A program made the position numbers and the translations under genes. Under the pieces are notes generated by a model. That model made no database searches, was not told the origin of the DNA, and worked only from the letters and a program-made list of their open reading frames with translations. From Deltaproteobacteria bacterium (lineage in GTDB: Bacteria; Desulfobacterota; Desulfomonilia; UBA1062), in NCBI GenBank assembly GCA_029547045.1, contig JAKPQL010000063.1, positions 119,727 to 183,726 on the forward strand: a DNA stretch of 64,000 nucleotides, read 5' to 3'. This document shows positions 30,972 to 41,185 of this stretch, one piece after another (the stretch's first letter is position 1; each line of letters opens with the position of its first letter).

Positions 30972-31259
30972 GCATCCGGGACCGCGTCACGCACGGCAGC
31001 TGCATTGCCGCGGCTTGGCCCCTCAGGTACCTTATCGGAAAAACGCAGCGGCGCTGTGAGGACGGGAAAGCACCCGGGCCCTCGGGTCATATTCCCCGTG
31101 GAACCCTGCGCCCGAGTATTGTATAGGGATATCGGGACACGTTCGTTCAGGGCGGTCCTCATGATGAGCCGTAGACCTCCGGCCCTGGCACCCGGAGAAC
31201 CATGCACGCACGAGAAGACGGGAGCGGCGGCATATCCTGATACGAGGAGGTACAAGGTC

Positions 31260-31544
31260 ATGGCGACATTCATCCTGTTCGGCAAGTATTCTGCAGAGGC
31301 CCTCAAGGGGGTAAGCGAGGCCCGTACGAAAAAGGCGGCCGCCCTTGTCAAGAAGCTCAAGGGAAAGGTCATCGGCATGTACGCCACCCTCGGAGAGAAG
31401 GACCTGGTCTTCATCCTGGAGCTCCCCGGCCTGGACGATGCGATCAAGGCATCCGTTGGCCTGTACAGGCTCACGGGCATCTCCTTCACCACGTCGCCCG
31501 CCATATCCGTGGACCTGTTCGACAAGCTGCTGGCCAAGGGCTGA
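31260..31544 (+). CDS. GYD domain protein
   Basis: MATFI.FGKYS, Y.TLGE.D; GAGGAGG RBS. Confidence 0.85.
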   Translation: MATFILFGKYSAEALKGVSEARTKKAAALVKKLKGKVIGMYATLGEKDLVFILELPGLDDAIKASVGLYRLTGISFTTSPAISVDLFDKLLAKG

Positions 31545-31646
31545 TACGAAACACCGGGGTCCTTCCAGATCCATCGGGGGAGGTCCTTTCCCGAGAGGAG
31601 GGACAAGGGCCCAAGATGAACGGTGTACGGCACAGAGGGAGTCCCC

Positions 31647-31907
31647 ATGCGCACGCGTCACATGATCACGATCTGCGCCGCAGCAGCTCTGGCCGCAGTC
31701 TCCCGGGGATGCACGAAGGCGGAACCCGGCATCATTGCGCAGAAATGCTCATCCTGCCACGCCACGGCGGTAATCCATGAAAAGAAGCGCACCCTCGACG
31801 AGTGGGGACGCACCGTCCACGCCATGAAGGAGCGGGGACTCGCGCTGACCGCCGAGGAGGAAAAGCAGGTCCTCGAGGCGCTTGCCGGGCACTTCGGTTC
31901 GGACTAG
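31647..31907 (+). CDS. Small monoheme c-type cytochrome, probable lipoprotein
   Basis: Signal peptide ending in GC; CSSCH; W..TV.AM candidate distal Met. Confidence 0.75.
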   Translation: MRTRHMITICAAAALAAVSRGCTKAEPGIIAQKCSSCHATAVIHEKKRTLDEWGRTVHAMKERGLALTAEEEKQVLEALAGHFGSD

Positions 31908-32013
31908 GGACGCTCCCGGCCTGGCGGGTCGACCCGACATGGAAAGGCCCGGGAATGTCCTTCCCGGGCCGAAGAGTGATCTGTCTGCCGCGGCCGTTGC
32001 TGCTGGGTACGCT

Positions 32014-33945
32014 TCAGTTGAAGTCCGTGGGCGGCGGGACGTTCTGGGGCCTGCCTGTATCTTCCCCGCCAATCCTGTCCCGCTCTATGACGACCTTGTG
32101 CCACCCCTTCTTCTCGTCCCTGGCCTGCTCCAGGTATGACTTCAGGGCCGCCTCGCGTTTCGCTGCCAGAAGCCCGCTCCTGAGCTCCTGGGCCTTCTTC
32201 TCGTCCAGCATGCCGATGTCGGCGATCTTCCTTGATTTCAGCCATACCACGTATACCGCTCCACCGGCCTCATAGGTCCTGGGGGTGCTCAGTGCATCCA
32301 GGTCATCCATGAGCTTGGGGATCATGGAGAGCTTCGGCACCACACGGGTAGAGCGCGTGAACTCTCCGGTGCTCGACGGGTTCATGGCGCCCAGCTGATC
32401 TGCGGGTGCATCCGCAAGCCTGCGGGCATACTCCTTGGCCTTCTTCAGGGACGCATCGGCGGCTGCGTCGGCCTTCACCGCCTGGGCGATCTCCTTGAGA
32501 TCGGGGATGCGCGAGAGCTCCTTGCCTTCCACCACGTAGATGAAATACCCCTCCGGGGTGCCTACCACATCTCCCAGCTCACCGGCGGAGAAGGCAAAGG
32601 CCTTCTTCAGGGCCTCGGGACTCATGGATACGCCTGCATCCTGTCCCTCGGAGAACGGGCCAACCTTCCTCACCGCAAGACCCCTGGCCTTGGCATACCC
32701 TTCCAGGTCCAGCGTCTTCTGCTCGTAGAGCTCCATGAAAGCCTTCTTCGCCTCGGCATGCGCCACTATCTTGGCACGCTGCAGTCTGAGGGTGTCCATG
32801 ACGGCGGATGACACCTCCTCAAAGGGGAGGGTCTTCTCCTCTTCCCGGGCCTCCAGTTTGAGAATCTCCAATCCGGCCGCGGTTCTCACCGGACCCTTGA
32901 CCTCGCCGGTCTTCATGCCGCGCACAGCCTCCGCAAGCTCGCTGTGCAGGCTGTCGACGGGCACCATGCCGATGTCTCCGCCCTTGGCTGCGGTCACCTC
33001 GTCCTCGGAATACTGCCGTGCGAGTGCGGCGAAGTCCTTGCCGGCATTGGCCTCGGCGAGTATCTTCCGAGCGAGTTCCTCCTTCTGTGAGATCTCCTGC
33101 CCCCGGGCACCTTCGGAGACCCTCACGAGAATCCGGCGCACCTGGACCTTGGCGGACTCGCTGAATTCAGACCTGTGGCCTTCGAAATAGTCGCGGGCGT
33201 CCTCGGGGGTGACCTCTGCCTGGGCCATGTATGCGGATGCGGGGAAATCTACGACCTTCAGGGTGATCCGGGGCGGAACCCGGTACCGCTCCTTGTTCGC
33301 ATCGAAGAAGGCGCTGACCTCACCGTCCGCCACCTGCACATCCCTGGAGAACTGAGCGGGATCGACGACCAGCCAGTTCAGCTCGTAGGTGTCGCTGATC
33401 CTGTGGAAGGCCGCCTCGAGCTCCTGCCGGGAAACGATGATGTTCTCGGTGATCACGGACGCGAAGAGCTGCCTGATGAAGTCCCTGCGGAAGCTCTGCT
33501 CGAATTCGGCCGGGGTGAGACGCTCGTACTCAAGGTGCTTGCGATAGATCGACTCATCGAACTTCCCGTCACGCTGGAACGCCGGCACCTGGGCGATGAT
33601 CTGCTGGAGGTCGGCATCCTTTACCACTATACCCATCTTCTTGGCATCGACCTCGATGATGTACTGGTCGACGAGCTGGTCGAGGACCTTGTTCCGCAGA
33701 TCGAGCCGTTTGACCATCTCCGGGGTCAGGGCCTCACCGAACTGCTGCTGGTACCGCTTCAACGTGTCCGAATACGCCTTCGAGTACTGCTCCATCGATA
33801 TGATGTGCCGGTCGATCTTGGCGACCTTGTTCGCCTCGCGGCTGACATACGAGCTCCCGCCCCACAGGATGAACACGAAAATGATCGCCCCGAAGGCGAT
33901 ATAGGCAAGCCATCCCTTGGAATGTCTGCGTAAATAGGTAAGCAT
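32014..33945 (-). CDS. ppiD: PpiD-like periplasmic chaperone/peptidylprolyl isomerase
   Basis: N-terminal anchor ML..LR...FILWG; SurA_N region; parvulin FAALARQYSED...GGDIG. Confidence 0.88.
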   Translation of the reverse strand: MLTYLRRHSKGWLAYIAFGAIIFVFILWGGSSYVSREANKVAKIDRHIISMEQYSKAYSDTLKRYQQQFGEALTPEMVKRLDLRNKVLDQLVDQYIIEVDAKKMGIVVKDADLQQIIAQVPAFQRDGKFDESIYRKHLEYERLTPAEFEQSFRRDFIRQLFASVITENIIVSRQELEAAFHRISDTYELNWLVVDPAQFSRDVQVADGEVSAFFDANKERYRVPPRITLKVVDFPASAYMAQAEVTPEDARDYFEGHRSEFSESAKVQVRRILVRVSEGARGQEISQKEELARKILAEANAGKDFAALARQYSEDEVTAAKGGDIGMVPVDSLHSELAEAVRGMKTGEVKGPVRTAAGLEILKLEAREEEKTLPFEEVSSAVMDTLRLQRAKIVAHAEAKKAFMELYEQKTLDLEGYAKARGLAVRKVGPFSEGQDAGVSMSPEALKKAFAFSAGELGDVVGTPEGYFIYVVEGKELSRIPDLKEIAQAVKADAAADASLKKAKEYARRLADAPADQLGAMNPSSTGEFTRSTRVVPKLSMIPKLMDDLDALSTPRTYEAGGAVYVVWLKSRKIADIGMLDEKKAQELRSGLLAAKREAALKSYLEQARDEKKGWHKVVIERDRIGGEDTGRPQNVPPPTDFN

Positions 33946-34179
33946 TCAGTGCTCCTTCACACCCAATGACATATTGCAGGGCAAAATAGTTGAAGAGAAG
34001 AATTATTGCAAGGATTTCATGCGGGCGCCTCCTGCGCGGCCGGTCATACGCACCGGGCCGCGACCGGCGAAGGAGCCCGGTACCGCAGAGGAACCCCTTG
34101 TCTTCCCGACCATTTCTTCCTATACTGCGCACTGATCTTCGTGACAGGGCGGCATGCCTGTACGGGTGAAGGAGGGGCA

Positions 34180-34455
34180 ATGGAGAAGATCTTGTTTCTG
34201 AGCGGCATAGCCGGCGTGGTGGGCGGGGTCTCCGTGATATTCTACCAGGCAATCACGTTTCTCCGGGACGATGTGTGGAACCCGTATTCCCTGCTGGATG
34301 GCATAGAACGCGTGTCATCCTCGTTGTCCGTGAGCATCTCAGGGATCCCGGCCCTGGCGAACGTCATGGAACAGTGCCCCCTCTCTGCGGGTCTCATCGC
34401 CATCGGCGTCCTGCTGCTGCTGGGGGCGGGCCGCCTGAGGAACAAGTACGCATAG
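34180..34455 (+). CDS. Small two-TM hypothetical protein
   Basis: AAGGAGG RBS; two hydrophobic segments. Confidence 0.65.
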   Translation: MEKILFLSGIAGVVGGVSVIFYQAITFLRDDVWNPYSLLDGIERVSSSLSVSISGIPALANVMEQCPLSAGLIAIGVLLLLGAGRLRNKYA

Positions 34456-34508
34456 AGGCCTTCCGGAGCGGGAGGCCCTCGGGCTGCGTGCATGTTGCCG
34501 GGCCCCGA

Positions 34509-35027
34509 TCACGGCGCTTTCCCGCGCCTTCCCTCCGCACTTCCGAGCCCCTCTCGATCTGGGTCCTTCCACATCCCCAGTCCCCTGGAACGGGCCTCCT
34601 TCTCATACATGATGAACAGGTCCCGCCACGGGTGGCGATACTGCCGGTAAGCCCGTGCCCAACCCTCGCGGATCATGCGCCCGTTCACCAGCACGTCTCC
34701 CGCGTACACGTACGCGAGCGTCCTGCCGTACCTGTCCCTGACCGGGTCACCATAGGAGAGGCGAACCTCCCTGCCCAGCACCAGCGATGAGAGGAAGGCC
34801 TTGCTCTCGGGGCCATAGGGCTCCCGGACGGTGTACGGCGAGTCCATCTCGGGCGCGTCCACGCCGATGAGGCGTACCCTGGTACCGTCATGGAGCATGA
34901 TGGTGTCCCCGTCGAAGACCCGGGAGACCCGGGCGGTATTGCCCGAGCCCACGGCGTGGTAGATGCCCAGGAGTACGATGGATGCGCACACTGCAAGGAA
35001 GACGATGAGTTTTCCGCCCCGCTTCAT
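34509..35027 (-). CDS. Thermonuclease (SNase) family protein
   Basis: DGDT, VRLIGVDAPE, DRYGRTLAYV, G.W. Confidence 0.95.
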   Translation of the reverse strand: MKRGGKLIVFLAVCASIVLLGIYHAVGSGNTARVSRVFDGDTIMLHDGTRVRLIGVDAPEMDSPYTVREPYGPESKAFLSSLVLGREVRLSYGDPVRDRYGRTLAYVYAGDVLVNGRMIREGWARAYRQYRHPWRDLFIMYEKEARSRGLGMWKDPDREGLGSAEGRRGKAP

Positions 35028-35049
35028 GGCCCCTCCATCCGCTGGGTCC

Positions 35050-36189
35050 TCATCGGCCGGAGAGCTCGCCGAGGTCGCCCAGCAGGGTCCTCGCATACAG
35101 CTCGCTGTGGCTCACCGGCGCGAGGTGGGTCCCCGGCAGCACCCTCAGGGACACCCGTCCGGGATCGGGCACGTCCGCGAAGAATGTCTTCGTGAACCTG
35201 AGGGAGTCTTCCTCCCCCAAGTCCGTCCCTTGGACGCCGAGCTGACGCTGGGGATCCATGCAGGAGTCGTCGGCGCCGAAGATCACCGCGATACGGTGCA
35301 GGTGGGCCGCCGTGAAGAGGGAGCTGTCGGTGTATGCCGCGCAGTCGCCGATGTCCGTGAAGATACGGCCGAGCCTGGCAGGCTTGAGGTCGATGACGGC
35401 TCCCGGTACTGACCTGAAGAAGTCCCCGGCAATACCCTTGGTGAAGCCCCATGCCGAGCTGAAGGTCTGGCCGGCATGGCCGTTGCCCATCTTCGCAGCG
35501 ATCCTCAGGCATTCGTAGGAGAACCTGCCCGTGAGCCCCCAGGCGCCCCACCGCTCGTATCCTGCCGGACAGACCTGCCCGAGGGACCGGACAGATCCCG
35601 GGTGGGCGTGGGCGAACCTCCGGGCCAGGATCCCCCCGTGGGACCACCCTGTGCTGACGAGCATCGTGGCGGAGGGACCCGTTGCCGGGGGCACCGGGTC
35701 CCCGTTCAGGGTCACCGGGATGCCGGCCTGCCGCATGAAGCCGGCCACGGCAAACCCCTGCCTTGCAAGGGCGTACCGCACCATCTCCATGAGCACGATA
35801 TCCTTGCCGCTGTCTCCATGGAACACCGGGTCTGCGCCGAAGGGGGTGTCGCACACGGGGACCACCACCAGGCCGGATCTGCTCAGCAGGGCGAGCCGGC
35901 TCGTGAACCCGTAGGCGTCGTCAGGCCGCTGGGCATGGCCGTGGAAAAAGACCAGTACCGGACCTGCCGGGGAGCCCCGCTTCGCATCGGCCTGTCTCTC
36001 CTGGCCGGAACGGGCGTCTACGCACAGGAGAAAGCCCCTGATCTCCTCACCGTTGAAGCCGATGCTCAGGGACTCCACCCGGGGATCCCTCGGCACGGAC
36101 CGCTCGTGGGCCATGAGCTCTGCGGAAACCATGGTCATGGCCATGAGCATGGGGATCACGATCTTCATCACCGTCTTCACCTTCCGCAT
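35050..36189 (-). CDS. Secreted alpha/beta hydrolase-fold protein
   Basis: VFFHGH, GWSHGG, G.DD, PGTH. Confidence 0.75.
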   Translation of the reverse strand: MRKVKTVMKIVIPMLMAMTMVSAELMAHERSVPRDPRVESLSIGFNGEEIRGFLLCVDARSGQERQADAKRGSPAGPVLVFFHGHAQRPDDAYGFTSRLALLSRSGLVVVPVCDTPFGADPVFHGDSGKDIVLMEMVRYALARQGFAVAGFMRQAGIPVTLNGDPVPPATGPSATMLVSTGWSHGGILARRFAHAHPGSVRSLGQVCPAGYERWGAWGLTGRFSYECLRIAAKMGNGHAGQTFSSAWGFTKGIAGDFFRSVPGAVIDLKPARLGRIFTDIGDCAAYTDSSLFTAAHLHRIAVIFGADDSCMDPQRQLGVQGTDLGEEDSLRFTKTFFADVPDPGRVSLRVLPGTHLAPVSHSELYARTLLGDLGELSGR

Positions 36190-36271
36190 GGGCGGCCAGG
36201 GATGTCACCCTGTCCGGGTACGCGCACAGGGGGGCATGCCGGACTGTATGATCTGGGCCTTTCGCTGACGG

Positions 36272-36955
36272 TCATTTGGTGTGGGAGGAGCCCTTCTCGA
36301 TGTCCAGGATGATGTGTCCGCCCGGGAACGACTTGGTCACGTAATCGTGGAGGTTCTCCATCTTCCGGATGATGTCGCGGATCTTGCGCGCCTCGGTGAG
36401 GATCGACTGGCCCATCTCCCTGGCCACGGGGCCTTCGGCTGCGCCCTTGGCAATGGCGCTCGCCTCGCCCATGAGCACGGTGAGAGGCTGGAAGACCTCG
36501 TGGGCCGTGGTGCTCGCGAGCTGGGTGATCATGTCAAAGTACTTCAGCCTGTCCTGCTCGTCCCGGATCGTGATGTAGTTGAAGGCCCTCCTCACGGTGA
36601 ACCGGAGCAGCTCGGCGGAAAACGGCTTGATGATGTAGTCGTAGGCCCCGGCGCGCAACGCGTCGATGACGCTGTCGATGGTGGCGTACCCGGTGATGAC
36701 GACGATGAGGGAATTCAGGCGGCGCTTATGGATGAAGTCGATGACCGCCATCCCGTCGATATCGGGCATCCGCAGGTCGGTGATCACCACGGGGTATTCC
36801 TTCTCCGTCATGAGCCTGATGCCCATCTCGCCGCCCACCGCGATGTCGACCTTGATGCCTTCCTCGACGAGGATGTCCTCCACGAGATAACATTCGCCCT
36901 CGTCATCGTCGATGACGAGGACCGTGCGCTCTTCACCTGGCACAGGGGATTCCAT
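36272..36955 (-). CDS. Receiver domain plus HisKA domain protein
   Basis: VLVIDDD, ITDLRMP..DG, GAYDYIIKPF; H-box AHEVFQPL. Confidence 0.88.
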   Translation of the reverse strand: MESPVPGEERTVLVIDDDEGECYLVEDILVEEGIKVDIAVGGEMGIRLMTEKEYPVVITDLRMPDIDGMAVIDFIHKRRLNSLIVVITGYATIDSVIDALRAGAYDYIIKPFSAELLRFTVRRAFNYITIRDEQDRLKYFDMITQLASTTAHEVFQPLTVLMGEASAIAKGAAEGPVAREMGQSILTEARKIRDIIRKMENLHDYVTKSFPGGHIILDIEKGSSHTK

Positions 36956-37086
36956 ATATCTTTCAAAGATAAACGAGACGGGTGGATTAATCAAGAGATA
37001 CGTACGGACGGTACGGGCGGTACTCAATGCTGCATGCGGCCGTCAGCAGGGGCGGAGGCGACGGTCGAGGGCCACCAGTGACGGGA

Positions 37087-37275
37087 CTAGTTGTCCGTCT
37101 TGGTGAGATCCAGGTTTCCCAGATAGGAGTGCACCATCGCAACAGCCGGTGAAAGGAGCGGATTGTGGTGCTCGTCGTATTCCACCACGAATCTCTCGCC
37201 CGCAAAATAGATCACCACGGGCCTTACCTCTTCCCACCTGTTCACGAGTCTCTCCCTGTACTCTTCCACTCTCAT
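37087..37275 (-). CDS. Small hypothetical protein (62 aa)
   Basis: AAAGG RBS and a sigma28-type promoter upstream. Confidence 0.6.
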   Translation of the reverse strand: MRVEEYRERLVNRWEEVRPVVIYFAGERFVVEYDEHHNPLLSPAVAMVHSYLGNLDLTKTDN

Positions 37276-37310
37276 GTGATGGCGACCTTTCCTGATCTTC
37301 TTACTGTTCT

Positions 37311-37337
37311 CTATCGGCCGAAACGGGGTTCACTTGA
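37311..37337 (-). promoter_or_regulatory. Sigma28 (FliA)-type promoter
   Basis: TCAAGTGA-N11-GCCGATAG versus consensus TAAAGTTT-N11-GCCGATAA. Confidence 0.65.
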
Positions 37338-37348
37338 GAAGATACGGG

Positions 37349-38569
37349 TCAGCTCATGCCGAAAATCATGGCAAACCGGCCGAGTCCGCTTTTGAGCTCC
37401 TGGTTGTATGTCCTGAGCTCAGGCGGCTCCATGACGATCCTGCCGAGATACTCCAGGCACTGCGACGGCTTGCTTTTGGGATTCACGACCGTGAAGGGCT
37501 TTCTCTGTGCCTCAGCGGCGCGGATGGAGTCCTTGTCGTAAAGCACGCCTCCCAGGTACTGGGGCTTCACGGAGAAGAAGGTCTCCAGGTTGTTGATGCG
37601 CTCATCTGCAGTCTGGCAGATCCTGTTGAAGATGAAGATGCCCTGGTTGAGGTTGGCGATCTGGTTCATGACCACCCATGGAGAGAAGACCCTGCGCGGT
37701 TTGTAGAACTCCACCTTTTCCATGAGCTTCTCCTCGATGGCCTTGAACTGCTGGAACGCCGCCTTGATGCAGGCGTACCCCGCGATGATGTCCTGGGGGG
37801 TGGTGATGATGATGATCTCGTCGGAGGCCAGGGCGAAGTCGAGCACCGTGGTGGTGATGCCGGCGCTCAGGTCGAAGACCGTGAAGTCGTACCGCTGGCT
37901 GATGTTCCTGAACCCCCGGATGAACTTGGAGCGCTGGATGTAGTTGATGTTGGCCAGTTTGAACTCCCCGGAGCTCCCCGCGATGAGGTCGAACCCCATA
38001 TGGGTCTTCTCGATCATGGAATCGAGTTCCACGTCCCCGAGGAGAAAATCGTACAGGGTGTACTCGGGGAACAGGGCAAGCTTGTTGGAGATGTCCGCGT
38101 TTCCGAGATCGGCGTCGATGAGCAGGACCTTTTTCCTGCAGCCGCTGATGACCTTTGCCATGTTCATGGCCACGTGGGTCTTGCCCACTCCGCCCTTGTT
38201 GGAGATGATGGAGATGATCCGGCTCCGCGGGGCGGGCTGGACGCCGGTCGCATCCGGTGAGCCGTTGCCGTTGGGGTAGTACAGGTCGATGGCCTTTTCG
38301 ATGGCCTGCACGTCGGCCAGTGCCGGATACACCTTCCTGCCCATGTGGCTGCTCAGGGTGTTGATGATGTCCTTGTGCTCGGGGTTTCCGATGGCCACCA
38401 GCACGCCGTCCCCCAGGAACCGGATGGGGAGGCTCAGGTAGTCCTTCGCAAACTTCTGCTTCAGGAGCTTTATGCAGCGCGGATCGGGGGCCTCGCGGGA
38501 GATGTCGATGTAGGGCATGCCGCTCTTGCGTGCCAGGGTCCGGATATCGATATCGGTCGTATTCATCAT
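37349..38569 (-). CDS. FlhG/MinD-family ATPase with N-terminal T2SSE_N-like domain
   Basis: KGGVGKT, LLIDADLG, DLSAGI; N-terminus LARKSGMPYIDI...VAIGNP...IEKAIDLYY. Confidence 0.85.
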   Translation of the reverse strand: MMNTTDIDIRTLARKSGMPYIDISREAPDPRCIKLLKQKFAKDYLSLPIRFLGDGVLVAIGNPEHKDIINTLSSHMGRKVYPALADVQAIEKAIDLYYPNGNGSPDATGVQPAPRSRIISIISNKGGVGKTHVAMNMAKVISGCRKKVLLIDADLGNADISNKLALFPEYTLYDFLLGDVELDSMIEKTHMGFDLIAGSSGEFKLANINYIQRSKFIRGFRNISQRYDFTVFDLSAGITTTVLDFALASDEIIIITTPQDIIAGYACIKAAFQQFKAIEEKLMEKVEFYKPRRVFSPWVVMNQIANLNQGIFIFNRICQTADERINNLETFFSVKPQYLGGVLYDKDSIRAAEAQRKPFTVVNPKSKPSQCLEYLGRIVMEPPELRTYNQELKSGLGRFAMIFGMS

Positions 38570-38614
38570 GTGGGCCTCTTCCCTCATAGTTTTCGGAAAA
38601 AAACCCAAATAGCT

Positions 38615-41185
38615 TTAGCTCGAAGAGGTTTTCATGATCTTTTCCCTCAGGGAATGGAGGAGATTCAGGGCCTGGAGGGGGGTGAGGGAGTCAGGATCGA
38701 TGCTCAGGATCTCCTGCGTCACCGGGTCGACACCCTCCTCGAAGAGACTCGCCTGTACCGGCACGGAGCCCTGGGCTGCGGGCATGGCCCTGGCCTTGGA
38801 GCTCACCGCGGAAAGGATCACCCGGGCCTTGTCCACCACCTCGTCGGGGATGCCGGCAAGCCTGGCGACGTAGATGCCGAAGCTCCTGCCGATGGCGCCA
38901 CGTTTCAGGGTGCGGAGGAACACCACCTCGTGGAGGGTCTCCTCAACGGCCAGGTGGTAGTTCCTGATGCCCGTGCGGCGCCGCGACAGGTCGGCAAGCT
39001 CGTGGTAATGGGTGGCGAAGAAGGTCCTGACGCCGCGGTCGTCCAGGTACTCGGCAACGGCCCATGCGAGCGCCATGCCGTCGTAGGTGGAGGTCCCCCT
39101 TCCGATCTCGTCCAGGATCACCAGGCTCCGGGCGGTGGCGTTCCGGAGGATGTCCGCGGTCTCGCTCATCTCCACCAGAAAGGTGCTCTGGCCGGCAGAG
39201 AGGTTGTCAAGGGCCCCGATGCGCGTGAAGATGCGGTCCACCATGCCGATACAGGCGCGGGATGCCGGCACGAAGGAGCCCATCTGCGCCATGAGGCAGA
39301 TCAGCGCCACCTGGCGCATGTAGGTGGACTTGCCCGCCATGTTGGGACCAGTGATGATGTGGATGGTGTCGCGCTGGCCGTCAAAGGTGCTCGTGTTGGG
39401 GACGAATTCCCCGGGCCTGAGCACCTTCTCCACCACCGGGTGCCTGCCCGAGACGATCTCGATGCGGCGGTCCTGCACCACCTCGGGCTTCACGTAGGCG
39501 TTCAGGCCGGCCACCCAGGCAAGGCTTGCCAGCACATCCAGGCCGGCGAGCGAGAGGGCCGTGGCCTTGAGCTCTTCGATGTGGGGGATGACGGCGTCTT
39601 TCAGTTCGCAGAAGATGCGCTGCTCGATGGCCGCGATGGCGTCCTGGGCCCCCAGGAGCCTGGCCTCGTACTCCTTGAGCTCCGGGGTGATGTAGCGCTC
39701 GGCATTCACCAGGGTCTGCTTGCGGATGTACGTTTCCGGGGCCCTTGCGGCGTTCGCCTTGGTGAGCTCGATATAGTACCCGAAGACCTTGTTGTACCCG
39801 ATCTTGAGGGTACCGACGCCCGTGGCCTCTCGCTCGCGGGCCTCCAGCGCGGCGATCCACTGCCGGGAATCCCTGCGCAGGTCCCTGAGCCCGTCCAGCT
39901 CGGCATCGACGCCCGCGGCGATGACATTTCCGTCTGTCAGGCGCAGCGGCGGGGCCTCCACCAGGGTCCTGTCGATCCGCTCCCTGAGATCCTCCAGGGG
40001 GTGGAGCCCCTGAGAAAGTTCCCTGAGGAGGGGTGCCTCGGCATCTCCCACCATGGCCCTGATGCGGGGGACCTCTCCGAGACCTTCCGCCAGGGAGCGC
40101 ATGTCCCTGGGGTTCGCCGAGCCTGCACAGATCCTGCCGACGATCCGCTCCAGGTCAGGGACGTCCTTCAGCACCTCCCGAAGGCCGCTCAGTGCCCCCT
40201 CCCGGGAGAGCAGGGCCTCCACCGCATCGAGCCTCGCGGTGATTGCACCCACGTCCATGAGGGGAAAGGAGATCCAGTCGGCGAGCATGCGGGACCCCAT
40301 GGGGGTGCCGGTATGGTTGAGCAGGGCGAACAGGGTGTTCTCGCCCCGTCCCGAGATGGTGTCGAACAGCTCCAGGTTCCGCTTCGTGGTGGGCCCGAGC
40401 ATCATGAAGCGGCCCGGGTTGTAGAAGGTCAGGGAGGTGATGTGGGGCAGCACAGCCTTGCTGTGGTGCTTCACGTACTCGAGCACCATGCCCGAGGCCC
40501 TCAGGGCGTCCTGGCTGTCCTTGAGCCCGAAGCCGTCCATGGTCACGGTGCCGAAGTGGTCGCTCAGGAGCTGGTGCGCCCGCTGAGCGGACAGGGGCAG
40601 ACCCACCGGGCTCACGAGGAAGCCGTCCGGCACGAGGCCCGGCTCCGCGGTTACGACCTCGCTGGGCCCCACGCGGAACATCTCGGCGACGAGGTCCTCC
40701 CGGGTCTGGAGCTCGGTGGCCCTGAAGTCCCCGGTGGAGATGTCGATATAGGCGACACCGTAGCATCCGTTCTTCAGGGATGCACACACGGCCATGAGGT
40801 AGTTGGCCCTGTCGCGGACGAGGTGGTCGTCCTCCACGACGAGGCCCGGCGTTATGATGCGCACCACCTCGCGGCGGACAAGGCCCTTGGCGGCGGATGG
40901 GGCCTCGGCCTGCTCGCACACCGCCACCTTGTGGCCGGCCCTGATGAGCCGGGAGATGTAGGATGACGCGCTGTGGTACGGCACCCCGCACATGGGCACC
41001 GGGTTCTCCTTTCCCTTGTCACGGGTGGTGAGCGCGATTCCCAGCAGCCTGGAGGCCACCACGGCGTCGTTGTGGAACATCTCGTAGAAGTCCCCCATGC
41101 GGTAGAACAGGATGGCGTCCGCGCAGTCCCTCTTGATCTCGAGGTACTGCTGCATCATGGGGGTCAGACCGCTGTCATGCTTCAT
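38615..41185 (-). CDS. mutS: DNA mismatch repair protein MutS
   Basis: TPMMQQY, GDFYEMF, TGPNMAGKSTY, STFLVEM, DEIGRGTST, ATHYHEL. Confidence 0.98.
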   Translation of the reverse strand: MKHDSGLTPMMQQYLEIKRDCADAILFYRMGDFYEMFHNDAVVASRLLGIALTTRDKGKENPVPMCGVPYHSASSYISRLIRAGHKVAVCEQAEAPSAAKGLVRREVVRIITPGLVVEDDHLVRDRANYLMAVCASLKNGCYGVAYIDISTGDFRATELQTREDLVAEMFRVGPSEVVTAEPGLVPDGFLVSPVGLPLSAQRAHQLLSDHFGTVTMDGFGLKDSQDALRASGMVLEYVKHHSKAVLPHITSLTFYNPGRFMMLGPTTKRNLELFDTISGRGENTLFALLNHTGTPMGSRMLADWISFPLMDVGAITARLDAVEALLSREGALSGLREVLKDVPDLERIVGRICAGSANPRDMRSLAEGLGEVPRIRAMVGDAEAPLLRELSQGLHPLEDLRERIDRTLVEAPPLRLTDGNVIAAGVDAELDGLRDLRRDSRQWIAALEAREREATGVGTLKIGYNKVFGYYIELTKANAARAPETYIRKQTLVNAERYITPELKEYEARLLGAQDAIAAIEQRIFCELKDAVIPHIEELKATALSLAGLDVLASLAWVAGLNAYVKPEVVQDRRIEIVSGRHPVVEKVLRPGEFVPNTSTFDGQRDTIHIITGPNMAGKSTYMRQVALICLMAQMGSFVPASRACIGMVDRIFTRIGALDNLSAGQSTFLVEMSETADILRNATARSLVILDEIGRGTSTYDGMALAWAVAEYLDDRGVRTFFATHYHELADLSRRRTGIRNYHLAVEETLHEVVFLRTLKRGAIGRSFGIYVARLAGIPDEVVDKARVILSAVSSKARAMPAAQGSVPVQASLFEEGVDPVTQEILSIDPDSLTPLQALNLLHSLREKIMKTSSS

